IMG/VR virus record: IMGVR_UViG_3300021171_000012
Span: 6,984-70,983 of that record
DNA from: a virus
Reading direction: 5' to 3' (one strand)
DNA length: 64,000 nucleotides
Shown: one piece after another, positions 35,652-45,557 of the stretch
How positions within the stretch are numbered: the first letter of the stretch is position 1
Layout of the letters: each line of letters begins with the position of its first letter
Translations under genes and position numbers: made by a program
Notes under the pieces: model-generated
The model's input: the letters and a program-made list of their open reading frames with translations, nothing else
The model's database searches: none
Told to the model about the DNA's origin: nothing

Positions 35652-36839
35652 GTGTCAGATTGGATTGAAGAATTTATCGCCAAGACGACTTCGATACGGA
35701 GCCCTGAGATTTTCCGTCTTTGGTCTGCTATTGGAACCGTCGCGGCAGCACTCGAACGCCGTGTTTGGACTTCGACGGACGTTGCACCACTCTATCCGAA
35801 CCTCTTTACGATCTTAGTAGGACCGCCAGCTTGTGGAAAGACTAATTCGGTTAAGGAATCACGAAAGATGTTAGCCCCCATAACGGGTATGAAGCTCGGA
35901 CCGGACAACCCAACTCCGGCCTCGTTTATGGACGAATTAAGCAAAGCAACAGTCTTTGGTCTGAACGGTCAGAATAGCGGCCCAAGCGCGGCGATGACCG
36001 TCTTATGCGAGGAATTTGGGGTTCTAATTCCAAAGTATGATGACTCTTTCTTTGCAACATTAAGCAAACTCTATGACAACCCTTCAATGTACACTGCTCC
36101 ACGGCGGACCTCAGTGTCGATTAAGATCGAAAACCCGACAATTAATATCCTTGGCTGTGCAACGCCGCCAGCTATAGGTAGTCTGCCCGAAAGTGCTTGG
36201 GGCGAAGGTTGTACGTCGAGAATAATATTCCTCTATGGAACCAAGCCAAACTCCCACCGTGATGCGTTTAAGAAGCGCATAGACTCCGATATGAAAGAGC
36301 TCCAAAATCGAATCTCCGAGATTTTCTCCGATATTCATGGTGAGTTCGAGTGGGAAGAACCAGCGCGCTTAGCCTATAATCATTGGTATAATGACGAACA
36401 GATGGCCCCAGTCCCAACCTACGGTCGCCTAGTAAACTACAATGGTCGTCGCGATACCCATGTTATGAAACTCTCCATGATTTCCGCAGTTAGCGCGGAG
36501 CACGGACTTACGATTACCCTAGACGATTTCATCCGCGGGCGAAAGTGGCTTTTAGACGCGGAGCAGACTATGCCCGATGTCTTCCGAGCTATTACACAGA
36601 AGTCTGATGCGCAGCTTCTCCAGGATCTACACTATTGGATGTACACGGAATATTCTAAAGTCGCCCGTGACAAGCGAAATCCAATTCCCGACGGGGAGGT
36701 CTGGAAGTTCCTTGAAAACAAGACAACTAGTGACAAAATCCCCGGACTCTTCAAGGCCGCGGAGTCCTCGGGTCGAATGAGAAAGAACTTTGGAACAAAC
36801 TCCTGGATACCAAACCCGTTTAATGGGGTCGAGGAATGA
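35652..36839 (+). CDS. DUF3987-like P-loop ATPase (putative replicative helicase)
   Basis: LYPNLFTILVGPPACGKT, EEFG, L..LYD, INILGCATP, SRIIF. Confidence 0.7.
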   Translation: MSDWIEEFIAKTTSIRSPEIFRLWSAIGTVAAALERRVWTSTDVAPLYPNLFTILVGPPACGKTNSVKESRKMLAPITGMKLGPDNPTPASFMDELSKATVFGLNGQNSGPSAAMTVLCEEFGVLIPKYDDSFFATLSKLYDNPSMYTAPRRTSVSIKIENPTINILGCATPPAIGSLPESAWGEGCTSRIIFLYGTKPNSHRDAFKKRIDSDMKELQNRISEIFSDIHGEFEWEEPARLAYNHWYNDEQMAPVPTYGRLVNYNGRRDTHVMKLSMISAVSAEHGLTITLDDFIRGRKWLLDAEQTMPDVFRAITQKSDAQLLQDLHYWMYTEYSKVARDKRNPIPDGEVWKFLENKTTSDKIPGLFKAAESSGRMRKNFGTNSWIPNPFNGVEE

Positions 36840-36951
36840 CTTCTTCTTGGCACGTTAACCGAATCGGGGTCAATATCTGGCTAATGATCGCCGCGTCGCT
36901 CCTTCTCTGGTTCATCATCTACGAAATCGCCATCTGGCTAGGAGTCTAGAG

Positions 36952-37311
36952 ATGAAATACTCTGTTAAAGAGACCCAGACAGCACTCGGTAAAACTTGGC
37001 AAATAACTCTCAATGGTATGCCAGTCTTTGTTGTCCAGAGTGCCGACGACGAAGCTGGAACAGTCGAGGCGCCGCTCATTAAGCCAGACGGTAGAGCTGT
37101 GTTCGACCATGGTAGAGGCAGAGACGATACAATGGGCGATTATGCAATAGTATCTAGATCTGGAAAAGTCGAAATAACCTTGGTTGATTTCGACGGGAAA
37201 ATAGACTATCCTAAATCGTATCCCAATGCCGACCATCCATTCCGAATTGAGAACGCGAAACCCGGCGAACTTTCTAGCAATTGGGACAAACCACGGTTTA
37301 GATCGTCATGA
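36952..37311 (+). CDS. Hypothetical protein
   Basis: AGGAG RBS. Confidence 0.5.
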   Translation: MKYSVKETQTALGKTWQITLNGMPVFVVQSADDEAGTVEAPLIKPDGRAVFDHGRGRDDTMGDYAIVSRSGKVEITLVDFDGKIDYPKSYPNADHPFRIENAKPGELSSNWDKPRFRSS

Positions 37312-37622
37312 CTTGGCTCGTTTTTCAAGTCCTACACGCGCTTATCTGGTGCTCAGTTGCATATGTCTTTTGGGGCTATGTCCGAGCCCATAATAGACAG
37401 CGGACTTACTATGTAAGGGGACAACATACGATGATCTACAAACAGCATGAGAACGAGCTAACTGACATTACTGGGGAAATTCGAGGAGAGACTGAAAGAG
37501 CATGGCGCTTCTTCGACGGAAAGATCATAGTTTGGCTTCCAAAATCACAATGTGAGTGGGACGAAAATGACAAAACAATGACCCTGCCAGTTTGGCTCGC
37601 GAAAGACAAGGAGCTAATATAG
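37308..37622 (+). CDS. Hypothetical protein (TM segment + ETxxA...WLPKSQ domain)
   Basis: ETERAW...VWLPKSQC...LPVWLA.DK.LI is a common small phage domain; may start at ATG 37431. Confidence 0.55.
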   Translation: MTWLVFQVLHALIWCSVAYVFWGYVRAHNRQRTYYVRGQHTMIYKQHENELTDITGEIRGETERAWRFFDGKIIVWLPKSQCEWDENDKTMTLPVWLAKDKELI

Positions 37623-37961
37623 ATGTCGGATAGACTATCTAACGCTGATACTCTAATAAAGAGACAGCGAGCAGTAGAATTGGGTATTCGCATTGCCCGG
37701 CGTAGGGATATAGACAATTTAGCACGCCAACGATTTGGAAGGCTTACAGTAATATCATTAGCTCCTAAAGAGAATAGTGGCGACTTTAATACTAACTGGT
37801 TATGTATATGCGACTGTGGAAAGACAAAAATTATTAGAGGAATTCGATTAAAAACAGGTGAAACTAAGAGTTGCGGATGTCTTAAGAGTAAAAACGGACG
37901 AATCCAGGCATTACACCTACATCAACTTGGATATAAAGGAAGGAAACCTAGATGCGCCTAG
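37623..37961 (+). CDS. Homing-endonuclease-associated Zn/DNA-binding domain without a nuclease domain
   Basis: RFGRLTVI...WLCICDCG...L..G.TKSCGCL. Confidence 0.7.
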   Translation: MSDRLSNADTLIKRQRAVELGIRIARRRDIDNLARQRFGRLTVISLAPKENSGDFNTNWLCICDCGKTKIIRGIRLKTGETKSCGCLKSKNGRIQALHLHQLGYKGRKPRCA

Positions 37962-38317
37962 TCATTCTAGAATCTCCCTTCGCCGGCGACTTTCGTCGAA
38001 ACGAAGACTATCTAACCCGCTGTATTCGAGACTCTGTTCTTCGCGGCGAGGCGCCGTTTGCGAGTCATAGAATGTACCCCGGTGCGTTGAGCGAAGCCAC
38101 CGAACGCGACCTAGGTATTCGCGCAGGATATTCCTGGTGGAAAGTCGCAGCAGCAATTGTTTTCTATACCGACTATGGTTGGTCGCCGGGAATGCACAAA
38201 GCTAAACAGCGGGCAAAGACTATGCAAATTCTAATTGAAGAACGTCGACTCCAACGAGAAGATCCTGCTGACGAAGCTCATCGTAGAAGTTTACGGCAGT
38301 GGAGGCAACCTGAATGA
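37952..38317 (+). CDS. Conserved phage protein (nucleoside-deoxyribosyltransferase-like fold)
   Basis: LVILESPFAGD..RN..Y...CIRDS..RGEAPFASH...FYTD.G.S.GM. Confidence 0.6.
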   Translation: MRLVILESPFAGDFRRNEDYLTRCIRDSVLRGEAPFASHRMYPGALSEATERDLGIRAGYSWWKVAAAIVFYTDYGWSPGMHKAKQRAKTMQILIEERRLQREDPADEAHRRSLRQWRQPE

Positions 38318-38859
38318 CAAAAATCATTGCCCTCTGCGGCCCTGCCGGTGTCGGTAAGACGACCCTTGCAGAACTATTAGTAAAGCATCACAACTACACG
38401 CGACTAAACTTCGCCCGCCCAATCAAGATCATGCTCGGAGCACTCTTAAAGTGGCAGGGTGCTAGTGATCTCCAGATTCGTCGGATGCTAGATGGGGATT
38501 TGAAAGAAGAACCGACCGGACTACTAGACGGTCAAACCCCACGCCGCGCGATGCAAACTCTCGGAACCGAGTGGCGCGACTTAATATCGAAAAACCTGTG
38601 GGTCAATGTTTGGCAAAATACCGCAGAGCAGCTCAGAGCACCTAAAATCGTCATTGACGATATGCGCTTTCTTCACGAAGCCCAAAAAGTCAAAGAATTA
38701 GATGGAACTATAATCCGCCTAGAACGAAGCGGCTTCTCTATAAACATGGGCCATCTGTCGGAACACGAGTATATGGAAATCCAGTACGATTTTGTTTTGG
38801 TAAATCACACGACTCCGATCGACATGCTAAATGAATTAGCAACTAGAACTTCTCTATAG
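38314..38859 (+). CDS. Deoxynucleoside monophosphate kinase
   Basis: IALCGPAGVGKT, FARPIK, TPRRAMQTLGTEW, IDDMRF..E, H.SE. Confidence 0.88.
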   Translation: MTKIIALCGPAGVGKTTLAELLVKHHNYTRLNFARPIKIMLGALLKWQGASDLQIRRMLDGDLKEEPTGLLDGQTPRRAMQTLGTEWRDLISKNLWVNVWQNTAEQLRAPKIVIDDMRFLHEAQKVKELDGTIIRLERSGFSINMGHLSEHEYMEIQYDFVLVNHTTPIDMLNELATRTSL

Positions 38860-38864
38860 GAGAC

Positions 38865-40694
38865 TTGAGCATGGAACACTATGGCCCCCGTACTCTCTTC
38901 GGACAAACAATTCATGCAACAAAATACCGCGCGCCAGAAGAGAAGTTCGATGACTATTGCGTCCGTTGGTCCCGTGCAACTACGGACAACGATAAGGACT
39001 TTCGTCGGGCGCTGCGCTACACCCGCGATCAGTCGTTGCTTCCAGCTGGGCGCCAACAACACTCAATGGGAAGGCCGTTTCTAACGACAGCCTATAACTG
39101 CTTTGTGAATGGTCAAATTCCCGACAGCTACGAAGGTATAATGGAATCGCTAAAGCTCGGTGGTATGACTCTACGAACTGGTGGCGGTGTTGGATGGGAC
39201 TTTTCTACTCTGCGTCCATCTGGCGAGCCGATACGCGGTCTAGGTCACGGTAGTTTCGCCAGCGGCCCAGTCTCGTTTATGCGAATTTGGGACGTTAATT
39301 GCGACACAATCTTAACCGCTGGTCATCGGCGCGGCGCAATGATGGGAGTTTTGCGGGTCGATCATCCCGACATTTTAACATTCATAAACGCTAAACGGGC
39401 AACAGGCTTGCTAAAGAATTTTAATATCTCCGTTGCCGTTACTGACGAGTTTATGGAAGCCCTAGAGAAAGATGGCCTTTATTCACTCAGGTTTAATAAC
39501 ACAACCTACACTACTGCCCGCGCCGTCGATGTCTGGGCAAAGATCATGGAGTCAAACTGGGACTGGGCAGAGCCAGGTGTTCTATTCATTGATCGAATAA
39601 ATCAGCGCAATCCGCTATACTATTGTGAAGAAATCTATGCAACGAATCCTTGTGCAGAGCAACCACTTCCACCGTGGGGAGCATGTCTACTTGGAAGTGT
39701 AAACATAGTCAAAGTTTTAACTCCCTCTCGCATTGGTAATGTGGTTGGACTGAAACAACCTGAAAGTTATGGAATTTCAGTTAGCCACAAAATCGTCGAT
39801 CCTCACGCATCTAAATGGGATATTGATTGGGAACTACTTACCGATATAGTCGATACTGCTGTCCGATGTTTCGATAATGTTCCAGAACGTACAGTGTTTC
39901 CCTTAGCCGAACAGCGTAACGAGGCACTGAATAAACGTCGAATGGGTCTTGGCGTAACGGGTATGGCAAACGCCCTAGAGATCATCGGACATCGTTATGG
40001 ATCATCAAGTTACATTGAACTCCAAGACCAGATTTTAGAGCATATCGCCAATCACGCATACAGAACCAGTATCGAACTTGCAAAAGAAAAGGGTTCGTTT
40101 CCGTGTTTCGACGCTGAGAAATACCTAAACGGCTGGTTCGTTAAAAACTCTCTTACCGAAGACATTCGAGACGGAATTTCAAAATATGGTCTGCGAAACG
40201 GCGTATTACTGTCCATTGCCCCGACTGGAACCATCTCAATGGCCGCGGATAATGTATCGTCGGGAATCGAGCCGCCGTTTGCGATGAAGGGTAAGTTTAC
40301 AATCTTCATGCCGGATGGAAAGCGCGATTTCGACACTATAGATCATGCCTTTGAATTTTTCGGAATAACTGGACAGACCGCAAACGAAACAAGTGCAGAG
40401 GAGCATGTCGATGTTCTTTGCGCCGCGCAAAAGTGGGTCGACAGCTCGATTTCAAAAACCTGCAATGTGAATGGACAAATTGCTGGACAGGGACCGGGAG
40501 TCACGTTCAATGATTTTAAACAACTCTACCCACGAGCTTATCAAAATGGGGCGAAGGGTTGTACGACGTATAACCGAAACGGGAAATTGGAAGGTGTTCG
40601 TAAGGAGGAACCTGATGAAGGACTATTAGTAGAAAATGAAGGTCTAGCTTGTCGAATCGACGGAACAACAGGACGTAGAACTTGTGACGAATAG
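38865..40694 (+). CDS. nrdJ: Class II (adenosylcobalamin-dependent) ribonucleotide reductase
   Basis: NCFV, GGGVG.DFS.LRP, RRGAMM, TNPCAEQPL...ACLLGS, IAPTGT, ISKTCN, KGCTTY, C-terminal Cys pair; no beta subunit gene nearby. Confidence 0.9.
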   Translation: MSMEHYGPRTLFGQTIHATKYRAPEEKFDDYCVRWSRATTDNDKDFRRALRYTRDQSLLPAGRQQHSMGRPFLTTAYNCFVNGQIPDSYEGIMESLKLGGMTLRTGGGVGWDFSTLRPSGEPIRGLGHGSFASGPVSFMRIWDVNCDTILTAGHRRGAMMGVLRVDHPDILTFINAKRATGLLKNFNISVAVTDEFMEALEKDGLYSLRFNNTTYTTARAVDVWAKIMESNWDWAEPGVLFIDRINQRNPLYYCEEIYATNPCAEQPLPPWGACLLGSVNIVKVLTPSRIGNVVGLKQPESYGISVSHKIVDPHASKWDIDWELLTDIVDTAVRCFDNVPERTVFPLAEQRNEALNKRRMGLGVTGMANALEIIGHRYGSSSYIELQDQILEHIANHAYRTSIELAKEKGSFPCFDAEKYLNGWFVKNSLTEDIRDGISKYGLRNGVLLSIAPTGTISMAADNVSSGIEPPFAMKGKFTIFMPDGKRDFDTIDHAFEFFGITGQTANETSAEEHVDVLCAAQKWVDSSISKTCNVNGQIAGQGPGVTFNDFKQLYPRAYQNGAKGCTTYNRNGKLEGVRKEEPDEGLLVENEGLACRIDGTTGRRTCDE

Positions 40695-40708
40695 CGAAAG
40701 GATAAAAA

Positions 40709-41062
40709 ATGACTGACATCGAGCGCGCCGCGCAGGCGCCGGAACGCGTGTCGGTGCGGGAGCCGACAATGACTGACGCCCCTGTGCCGATCAACGAGCA
40801 AATCGCGTGGTTCCGCATCCTGCTCGAAGAAGCCCACAAAGATTTATGGAGTGCCGACGAGTTCCCCAAAATGCGCGCAATCCTGGCGACGCTGGAGGCT
40901 CAGCCGGCGCTGCTGGCGGTTGTCGAGGCGGCTCGCAAACTGGAGTTCAGCGCATATCCGGCACATGGCAGCGGCTTAGTGACGATCGTTACCGCTGGCG
41001 ATATCGGCGAGCTGCAAGCGTCCCTCGGCGCGCTGCCGCCCGCGCCGGACAAGGAGGGGTGA
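40709..41062 (+). CDS. Hypothetical protein
   Basis: AAGGA RBS; GC-rich block. Confidence 0.5.
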   Translation: MTDIERAAQAPERVSVREPTMTDAPVPINEQIAWFRILLEEAHKDLWSADEFPKMRAILATLEAQPALLAVVEAARKLEFSAYPAHGSGLVTIVTAGDIGELQASLGALPPAPDKEG

Positions 41063-41397
41063 TGCCAACGCTCAAAACTGCCGTGTTCTCGAAAGACGGA
41101 CGCGAGTTCATCCTGCCCGGATTACAGTATGTGATGGGAAGCGATTTGCCGGCGGACGAAGATGGCGATCCGATTCAAATAACCTGGAAGGCCATTAACT
41201 GCAGTGTGATGCTACAAGCAAAACTTGAGTGGCGAGAATATCAGACCAGCGCCGAAGAACCATTTACGGCGGAAATTCCGAGCGTTACCGGAAAGATCAT
41301 CGGCCGCCAATTTGAGCACGGAGCGGTCAATGTATGGCTCATATCGGGGCCAGAATTTGACGCAATAGCCGATACGGGAGACAGCGATGCCCGATAA
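41062..41397 (+). CDS. Hypothetical protein
   Basis: AAGGAGG RBS, TGATG coupling. Confidence 0.5.
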   Translation: MPTLKTAVFSKDGREFILPGLQYVMGSDLPADEDGDPIQITWKAINCSVMLQAKLEWREYQTSAEEPFTAEIPSVTGKIIGRQFEHGAVNVWLISGPEFDAIADTGDSDAR

Positions 41398-41731
41398 CGA
41401 ACCGAGTGCCGAGGCGCCATTATGGCAGCGGCAATTCTGGACCGATTTGTGTGAGAAGGATGATCGAACCAGCCCCGAAGAATATCCCGATATGGCGCTG
41501 ATAGCGCAGGACGAGTTGTGCTCCATTCTCGACGCCGCCTACCGCCGGGGCATCGAGGAGGCGGCACCGCTTATCGCCGCAGTTATCGCTTGGTCAGAGG
41601 CTGGCGATCGGCTCACTGCGACCAAGGGCGATCGATTACCAGCTAACCGCGCATTCAGCGCGGCTCATCTTGCGCTTCACAAGGCGGCCAAAGAATACCG
41701 CGCCCTCGCCCCACCACGGGAGGGATCGTGA
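41387..41731 (+). CDS. Hypothetical protein
   Basis: W.DL.EKDDRTSPEEYPDM.LI motif seen in proteobacterial phages. Confidence 0.6.
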   Translation: MPDNEPSAEAPLWQRQFWTDLCEKDDRTSPEEYPDMALIAQDELCSILDAAYRRGIEEAAPLIAAVIAWSEAGDRLTATKGDRLPANRAFSAAHLALHKAAKEYRALAPPREGS

Positions 41732-41931
41732 CCGACGCAGAATTGGCGAAATATCTCGGCATTGACGACGATCCACGTTGGCCGCGTGCAATTGCCAAAC
41801 TAGACCCGCAGAAGCGCGCGACTTACGAGCGTATGGCCAAGGTCGAGATGGAACTGAAACTGCATGACGCTGGGCTGGGGCCGATGCCGAAAAGTGTTAT
41901 CGTCTGCCGACCTCATCGGAGGCATCTGTGA
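41728..41931 (+). CDS. Hypothetical protein
   Basis: GGAGG RBS, GTGA coupling; last plus-strand gene. Confidence 0.55.
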   Translation: MTDAELAKYLGIDDDPRWPRAIAKLDPQKRATYERMAKVEMELKLHDAGLGPMPKSVIVCRPHRRHL

Positions 41932-42067
41932 CCGACACACCCCCGCCCGGCCAAGCCAAGAGAGGACTAGAACATTGCTAATCCACAACACGTCCAATCC
42001 GCGAGTGCTTTCAATAGTAAAAAGACTAGCACTATACTAATACATAGTAGAAACACAAGTAGTCGAG

Positions 42068-42769
42068 TCAAATCTTGACCCCCGCACGGCGCGCGTTGCG
42101 GCCGACACGGGTTGCACGCCACGACTGGTGACCATTATTTTGGCGAGCAGTTATTTGAGTCCACTGGCCGTTCAGGTCGATAATGCTCTGGTATCCACCT
42201 GAAAGCAATGCAGGACACGGTCCCGGTAAATGATTACCAAAGTCGTACTGTATTGCTGACGAAGTAGTCGGAATACCGAAATACGGCGGCAACACGAAGT
42301 CGCTAAGCTTGAAACCCTGCCAATCAATCGCATAGAGATCATCTTCGCAGGGATCGCATAATTCTCGCGCAGCAATGCGACCATCCAGTAACGTAACAGT
42401 CACATTAATGTTTGGATCGCCGCGCATCTCCCACGCCTCGTGCGTAAGGTCGACCAGCGGGCTTACCTTATATGCAATGCAATCCCCGACGAAGCAACGC
42501 GAGAACACCTTGCTACTCTGATCGTCGTGCCAACCTAGCGCACCGGGATCGGTCGAATGCTTGTTGAGGAAGATCGGCCACGACGTATCGGGGATCGACG
42601 CGATGGCCGGTGAGCCGTCGTTCCACGGCATGAACGAGTAATTCGCCGGCTCCAGGCCATAAGCCGGCGCTATTGCCTGTGCGTCGAACGATTGGATCGC
42701 CGTAAGCCATGACGAGACTTCGATGTCCGTTAGAACGTCACAGGCATTGACAATGACAATATCGGGCAT
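42068..42769 (-). CDS. Putative zincin-like metallopeptidase
   Basis: GALGWH...THEAWEM..DP...ELCDPCE...LSDFVLP.YF. Confidence 0.6.
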   Translation of the reverse strand: MPDIVIVNACDVLTDIEVSSWLTAIQSFDAQAIAPAYGLEPANYSFMPWNDGSPAIASIPDTSWPIFLNKHSTDPGALGWHDDQSSKVFSRCFVGDCIAYKVSPLVDLTHEAWEMRGDPNINVTVTLLDGRIAARELCDPCEDDLYAIDWQGFKLSDFVLPPYFGIPTTSSAIQYDFGNHLPGPCPALLSGGYQSIIDLNGQWTQITARQNNGHQSWRATRVGRNARRAGVKI

Positions 42770-43066
42770 CTATCGAACCCCTCTACGCATCGCTGCTTTC
42801 TGTTGTCCAGACGAGACAGACTTAATCAATGCCTGAACGGCGTCGGCAACAAGGGCTTGACACGCAGACGAACCGAGCGCCGCGGTACCTAGAACCGTTG
42901 GATCAGTGCTCCCTGTAGCAACCAGTGCTTCGACACAAACTGCGCCGTCGCCGAGTGGGGTTGTAGTCGTTGCTGTAGATGTAGCACCCCCTGTCGAACC
43001 TGCGCAACCCCCAAGCGAGCACGATACGACAATAATAGTAGCCCGAAGCGAATATCGCATATTCAT
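42770..43066 (-). CDS. Lipoprotein (lysis module)
   Basis: LGGC lipobox, Thr/Ser linker, Cys pair. Confidence 0.6.
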   Translation of the reverse strand: MNMRYSLRATIIVVSCSLGGCAGSTGGATSTATTTTPLGDGAVCVEALVATGSTDPTVLGTAALGSSACQALVADAVQALIKSVSSGQQKAAMRRGVR

Positions 43067-43260
43067 GGACTTTCTCCCATAGGAAGGATTTGCTTTAACG
43101 GAGTCTTACCAGGTGTATTCTGCATCAAGGCGGTGTCGAGACCGATGACATCTTTCGCAACAGTTATGATACCCCCCGCAACCGCCCACGCTGCGGCAGA
43201 GCAACCACTTAGCAGTAGAGCAAGCAATAGAGCTGCAAGGCAGTTGGCTACTTTAGCCAT
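43063..43260 (-). CDS. Lipoprotein (lysis module)
   Basis: LLLSGC lipobox. Confidence 0.6.
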   Translation of the reverse strand: MAKVANCLAALLLALLLSGCSAAAWAVAGGIITVAKDVIGLDTALMQNTPGKTPLKQILPMGESP

Positions 43261-43510
43261 TCGACACCGCTCCCCAGCTTTTCGGAATATTCAACGTCTC
43301 GCCGACTTGGAGCGTATAATCCGCGTCGAATTTCCGTTCTGGGTTCGCTGTGACGAGTTCTTGCCAACGATTTTCGTCGCCAGTCATATCTTTTGCTAGA
43401 GACGACAGAGAAGCCCCCTTACTTACAATAACGACATACTGACTTTCCTCCTTCCTAACATGAGAGAACCAGGAAAAGAATTTGTGGAAGATATCCGTTG
43501 ATATGTCCAT
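43253..43510 (-). CDS. LysM domain protein
   Basis: VSKGASLSSLA...W.EL..AN...LQVGETLNIP. Confidence 0.75.
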   Translation of the reverse strand: MDISTDIFHKFFSWFSHVRKEESQYVVIVSKGASLSSLAKDMTGDENRWQELVTANPERKFDADYTLQVGETLNIPKSWGAVSNG

Positions 43511-43572
43511 TTTAATTCTCCAAAATGGCAGACGCCAGAGGCGCCCACCAAGGTTGAATGTTCATTATAAGT

Positions 43573-44409
43573 TTACGCCGCCGGCGTATTCGCCGTAACC
43601 GCCGCCGCAAGAGTGGCTGTGTCGGTGTCGAGTTTTGCCGACAATGCCTGAAGCCGCGGTGTGTCGTTCGCCGCCAGGGCATCTTTAAGCTCCGTTGCAA
43701 TGGTCTGCAAGAGCGTAATCGCTGACGCTTCAACAGTCTCTTCTGCAGTTACTTTGGCTTCCAAATCATCAATCGCTGCCATGATCTTCTCCAAGGTTGA
43801 GTCGAGTTTGTCGAACTGACTAGTCATATCGACCTGGGGGTTCAACTGACACCAGGTCCATATCTTGTTTAGGATTTCTATTTGAGCATCAACCACGACG
43901 GGAGTAGGAATAGGAGCTGGAACTGGAACAGGCTCCGGTGGAACGATCGACCCAGCAATCGCCTGTCGAGCAAACGCCGTTCGCGCTGCGAGCCCGCTTT
44001 GTAAATTCGCTGGTCGTTCAAAAATAGCTTCAAATGTAAAAACTGCCGCTTCAACTGTCGTTGTCTTCTGTAATTGGGCAATAGCATGAAGCTGCGTTGT
44101 GTGAAGTTCAACAACTAAATAGCGATAATTCGCCTCATCGGAAGCTACGTCGAGATTCTGCGCCGCGCACCAATTTTCAAACGCGACGCGACGAGGTCCG
44201 GTCCATTGAGCCCAGCCATAACCACCCCGATCGCCACGGTTTTCAATCTCTTGAACGGCCTTCAAGCCGCTTTCGCCGCCCAAGTTTCCGACAATTCCGC
44301 TAGCCTGCTCCGTAGTTAGGGTAAATTCCTTTGCTAAGTGCGTTAGAACCCACCCACCCCGTGCCTCGAACGATGCTGTTAGCCCCGGCATATTGAATGT
44401 ATCGGTCAT
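43573..44409 (-). CDS. Endolysin, phage-tail-lysozyme (Phage_lysozyme2-like) domain + Pro linker + coiled coil
   Basis: QASGIVGNLGGESG...GYGWAQWTGPRR..F...FE..FERP. Confidence 0.8.
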   Translation of the reverse strand: MTDTFNMPGLTASFEARGGWVLTHLAKEFTLTTEQASGIVGNLGGESGLKAVQEIENRGDRGGYGWAQWTGPRRVAFENWCAAQNLDVASDEANYRYLVVELHTTQLHAIAQLQKTTTVEAAVFTFEAIFERPANLQSGLAARTAFARQAIAGSIVPPEPVPVPAPIPTPVVVDAQIEILNKIWTWCQLNPQVDMTSQFDKLDSTLEKIMAAIDDLEAKVTAEETVEASAITLLQTIATELKDALAANDTPRLQALSAKLDTDTATLAAAVTANTPAA

Positions 44410-44412
44410 CGA

Positions 44413-44718
44413 CTAAACGACCTTCACTGGCGTTGCAACGCCATTAGCCAATGTCGCTTTTGCCGACGCCACGTTACCCGCATGATCCCTCTGCGCCGCA
44501 CGAATTTTCTGGTAGATAGACCATGCTACAGTTCCAAGGATAACCAACGGACCAGCAAGACCAAGAATTGCTGCTTCGCTAGGATTACAGAAACTGCACG
44601 TCAAACCAAATAGCGTCATTCCCCCACCAATAGCTTGAAGAATAGACCTAATAATCGCCGCCGTATATGTAACCAACTGTGGATTTGGTGTGCTCGGAAT
44701 TGTTAAGTCATCAGCCAT
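44413..44718 (-). CDS. Putative holin
   Basis: Two hydrophobic segments, WSIYQK; immediately upstream of the endolysin. Confidence 0.6.
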   Translation of the reverse strand: MADDLTIPSTPNPQLVTYTAAIIRSILQAIGGGMTLFGLTCSFCNPSEAAILGLAGPLVILGTVAWSIYQKIRAAQRDHAGNVASAKATLANGVATPVKVV

Positions 44719-44742
44719 GATGAAGTCTCCCTGTTTTAGGAT

Positions 44743-45141
44743 TTAGATTTCCGCCACAGTTACACCCAACTTAGAAACGGATGCAATACCACCTGCGGCG
44801 GCAAGGACGAGATCGACCCAATATGTAGTTCCTAGAGTCAAGCCGTTTGCAACGGCGGATAGAGAAAACGGAATCCGACTTCCTGCAACACCCCAAGTCA
44901 GGACTGGGTTCGCTGACAGTTGAGACCCGCTTGGTCGGTCGCCATTTGCCGGCGCTGCGCCAGGACCGCCAAAGATCGCTAGCTCGACACTAGCACCGTT
45001 AGTATCAACAGAAACAGATCCATCAATTAGGATAAGGACTTCTCCAGTCTTATCCGGTGCGAATGTCACATTGAGCCCCATGCAGACTCCAATAGTGTCC
45101 GAAGTACCCGTCGGATCCGTTGGCTTTACTTGCTTAAGCAT
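44743..45141 (-). CDS. Putative tail fibre/receptor-binding head domain
   Basis: Beta-sandwich-like, GLTLGTTYWVDL; strong AAGGAG RBS. Confidence 0.45.
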   Translation of the reverse strand: MLKQVKPTDPTGTSDTIGVCMGLNVTFAPDKTGEVLILIDGSVSVDTNGASVELAIFGGPGAAPANGDRPSGSQLSANPVLTWGVAGSRIPFSLSAVANGLTLGTTYWVDLVLAAAGGIASVSKLGVTVAEI

Positions 45142-45171
45142 TAGATTTCTCCTTTAGTTAGATATGTAGAC

Positions 45172-45552
45172 CTAACACGTCTTAACAATCCCTCGCACTG
45201 TTGCAAAGAGAGACGTAGGCGTTCCTACACAAGTAGCCCCACTTGTATCAATCGTCACATTCGTTGTCCCTGATAGGGAGATTGTCGTCGTTCCTGTTAA
45301 AAGGTTCGATATAGACTCCCACATAGATGAGGTTGGCCCAGTAGCAACAATTAAAAACCCCGTTAGTGGTAAGTTCGTCACCGCAACGGTATTTATCCCT
45401 CCAACAGACACTCTTCCATTCGTATCCACGGATAGGTCTGGAGACGCAAATACTATCGGTCCCGAGATTGTTGTATCAGCGTAGACTAGACCGATACTAA
45501 GTAGAAATGCCAGAGTTAGTAGCAAGAGCTTACGCAATATTATTTTCTTCAT
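45172..45552 (-). CDS. Signal-peptide protein with tail-spike-like beta content
   Basis: MKKIILRKLLLLTLAFLLSIGLVYA-D; ends with C..G...GIVKTC. Confidence 0.5.
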   Translation of the reverse strand: MKKIILRKLLLLTLAFLLSIGLVYADTTISGPIVFASPDLSVDTNGRVSVGGINTVAVTNLPLTGFLIVATGPTSSMWESISNLLTGTTTISLSGTTNVTIDTSGATCVGTPTSLFATVRGIVKTC

Positions 45553-45557
45553 CTGTC

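Noticed and set aside
582-45141. FLVADI (582..1274) and VTVAEI (44743..45141) as tag members
   Set aside because: They lack the Leu/Met and the basic linker, and look like terminal beta strands of folded domains.
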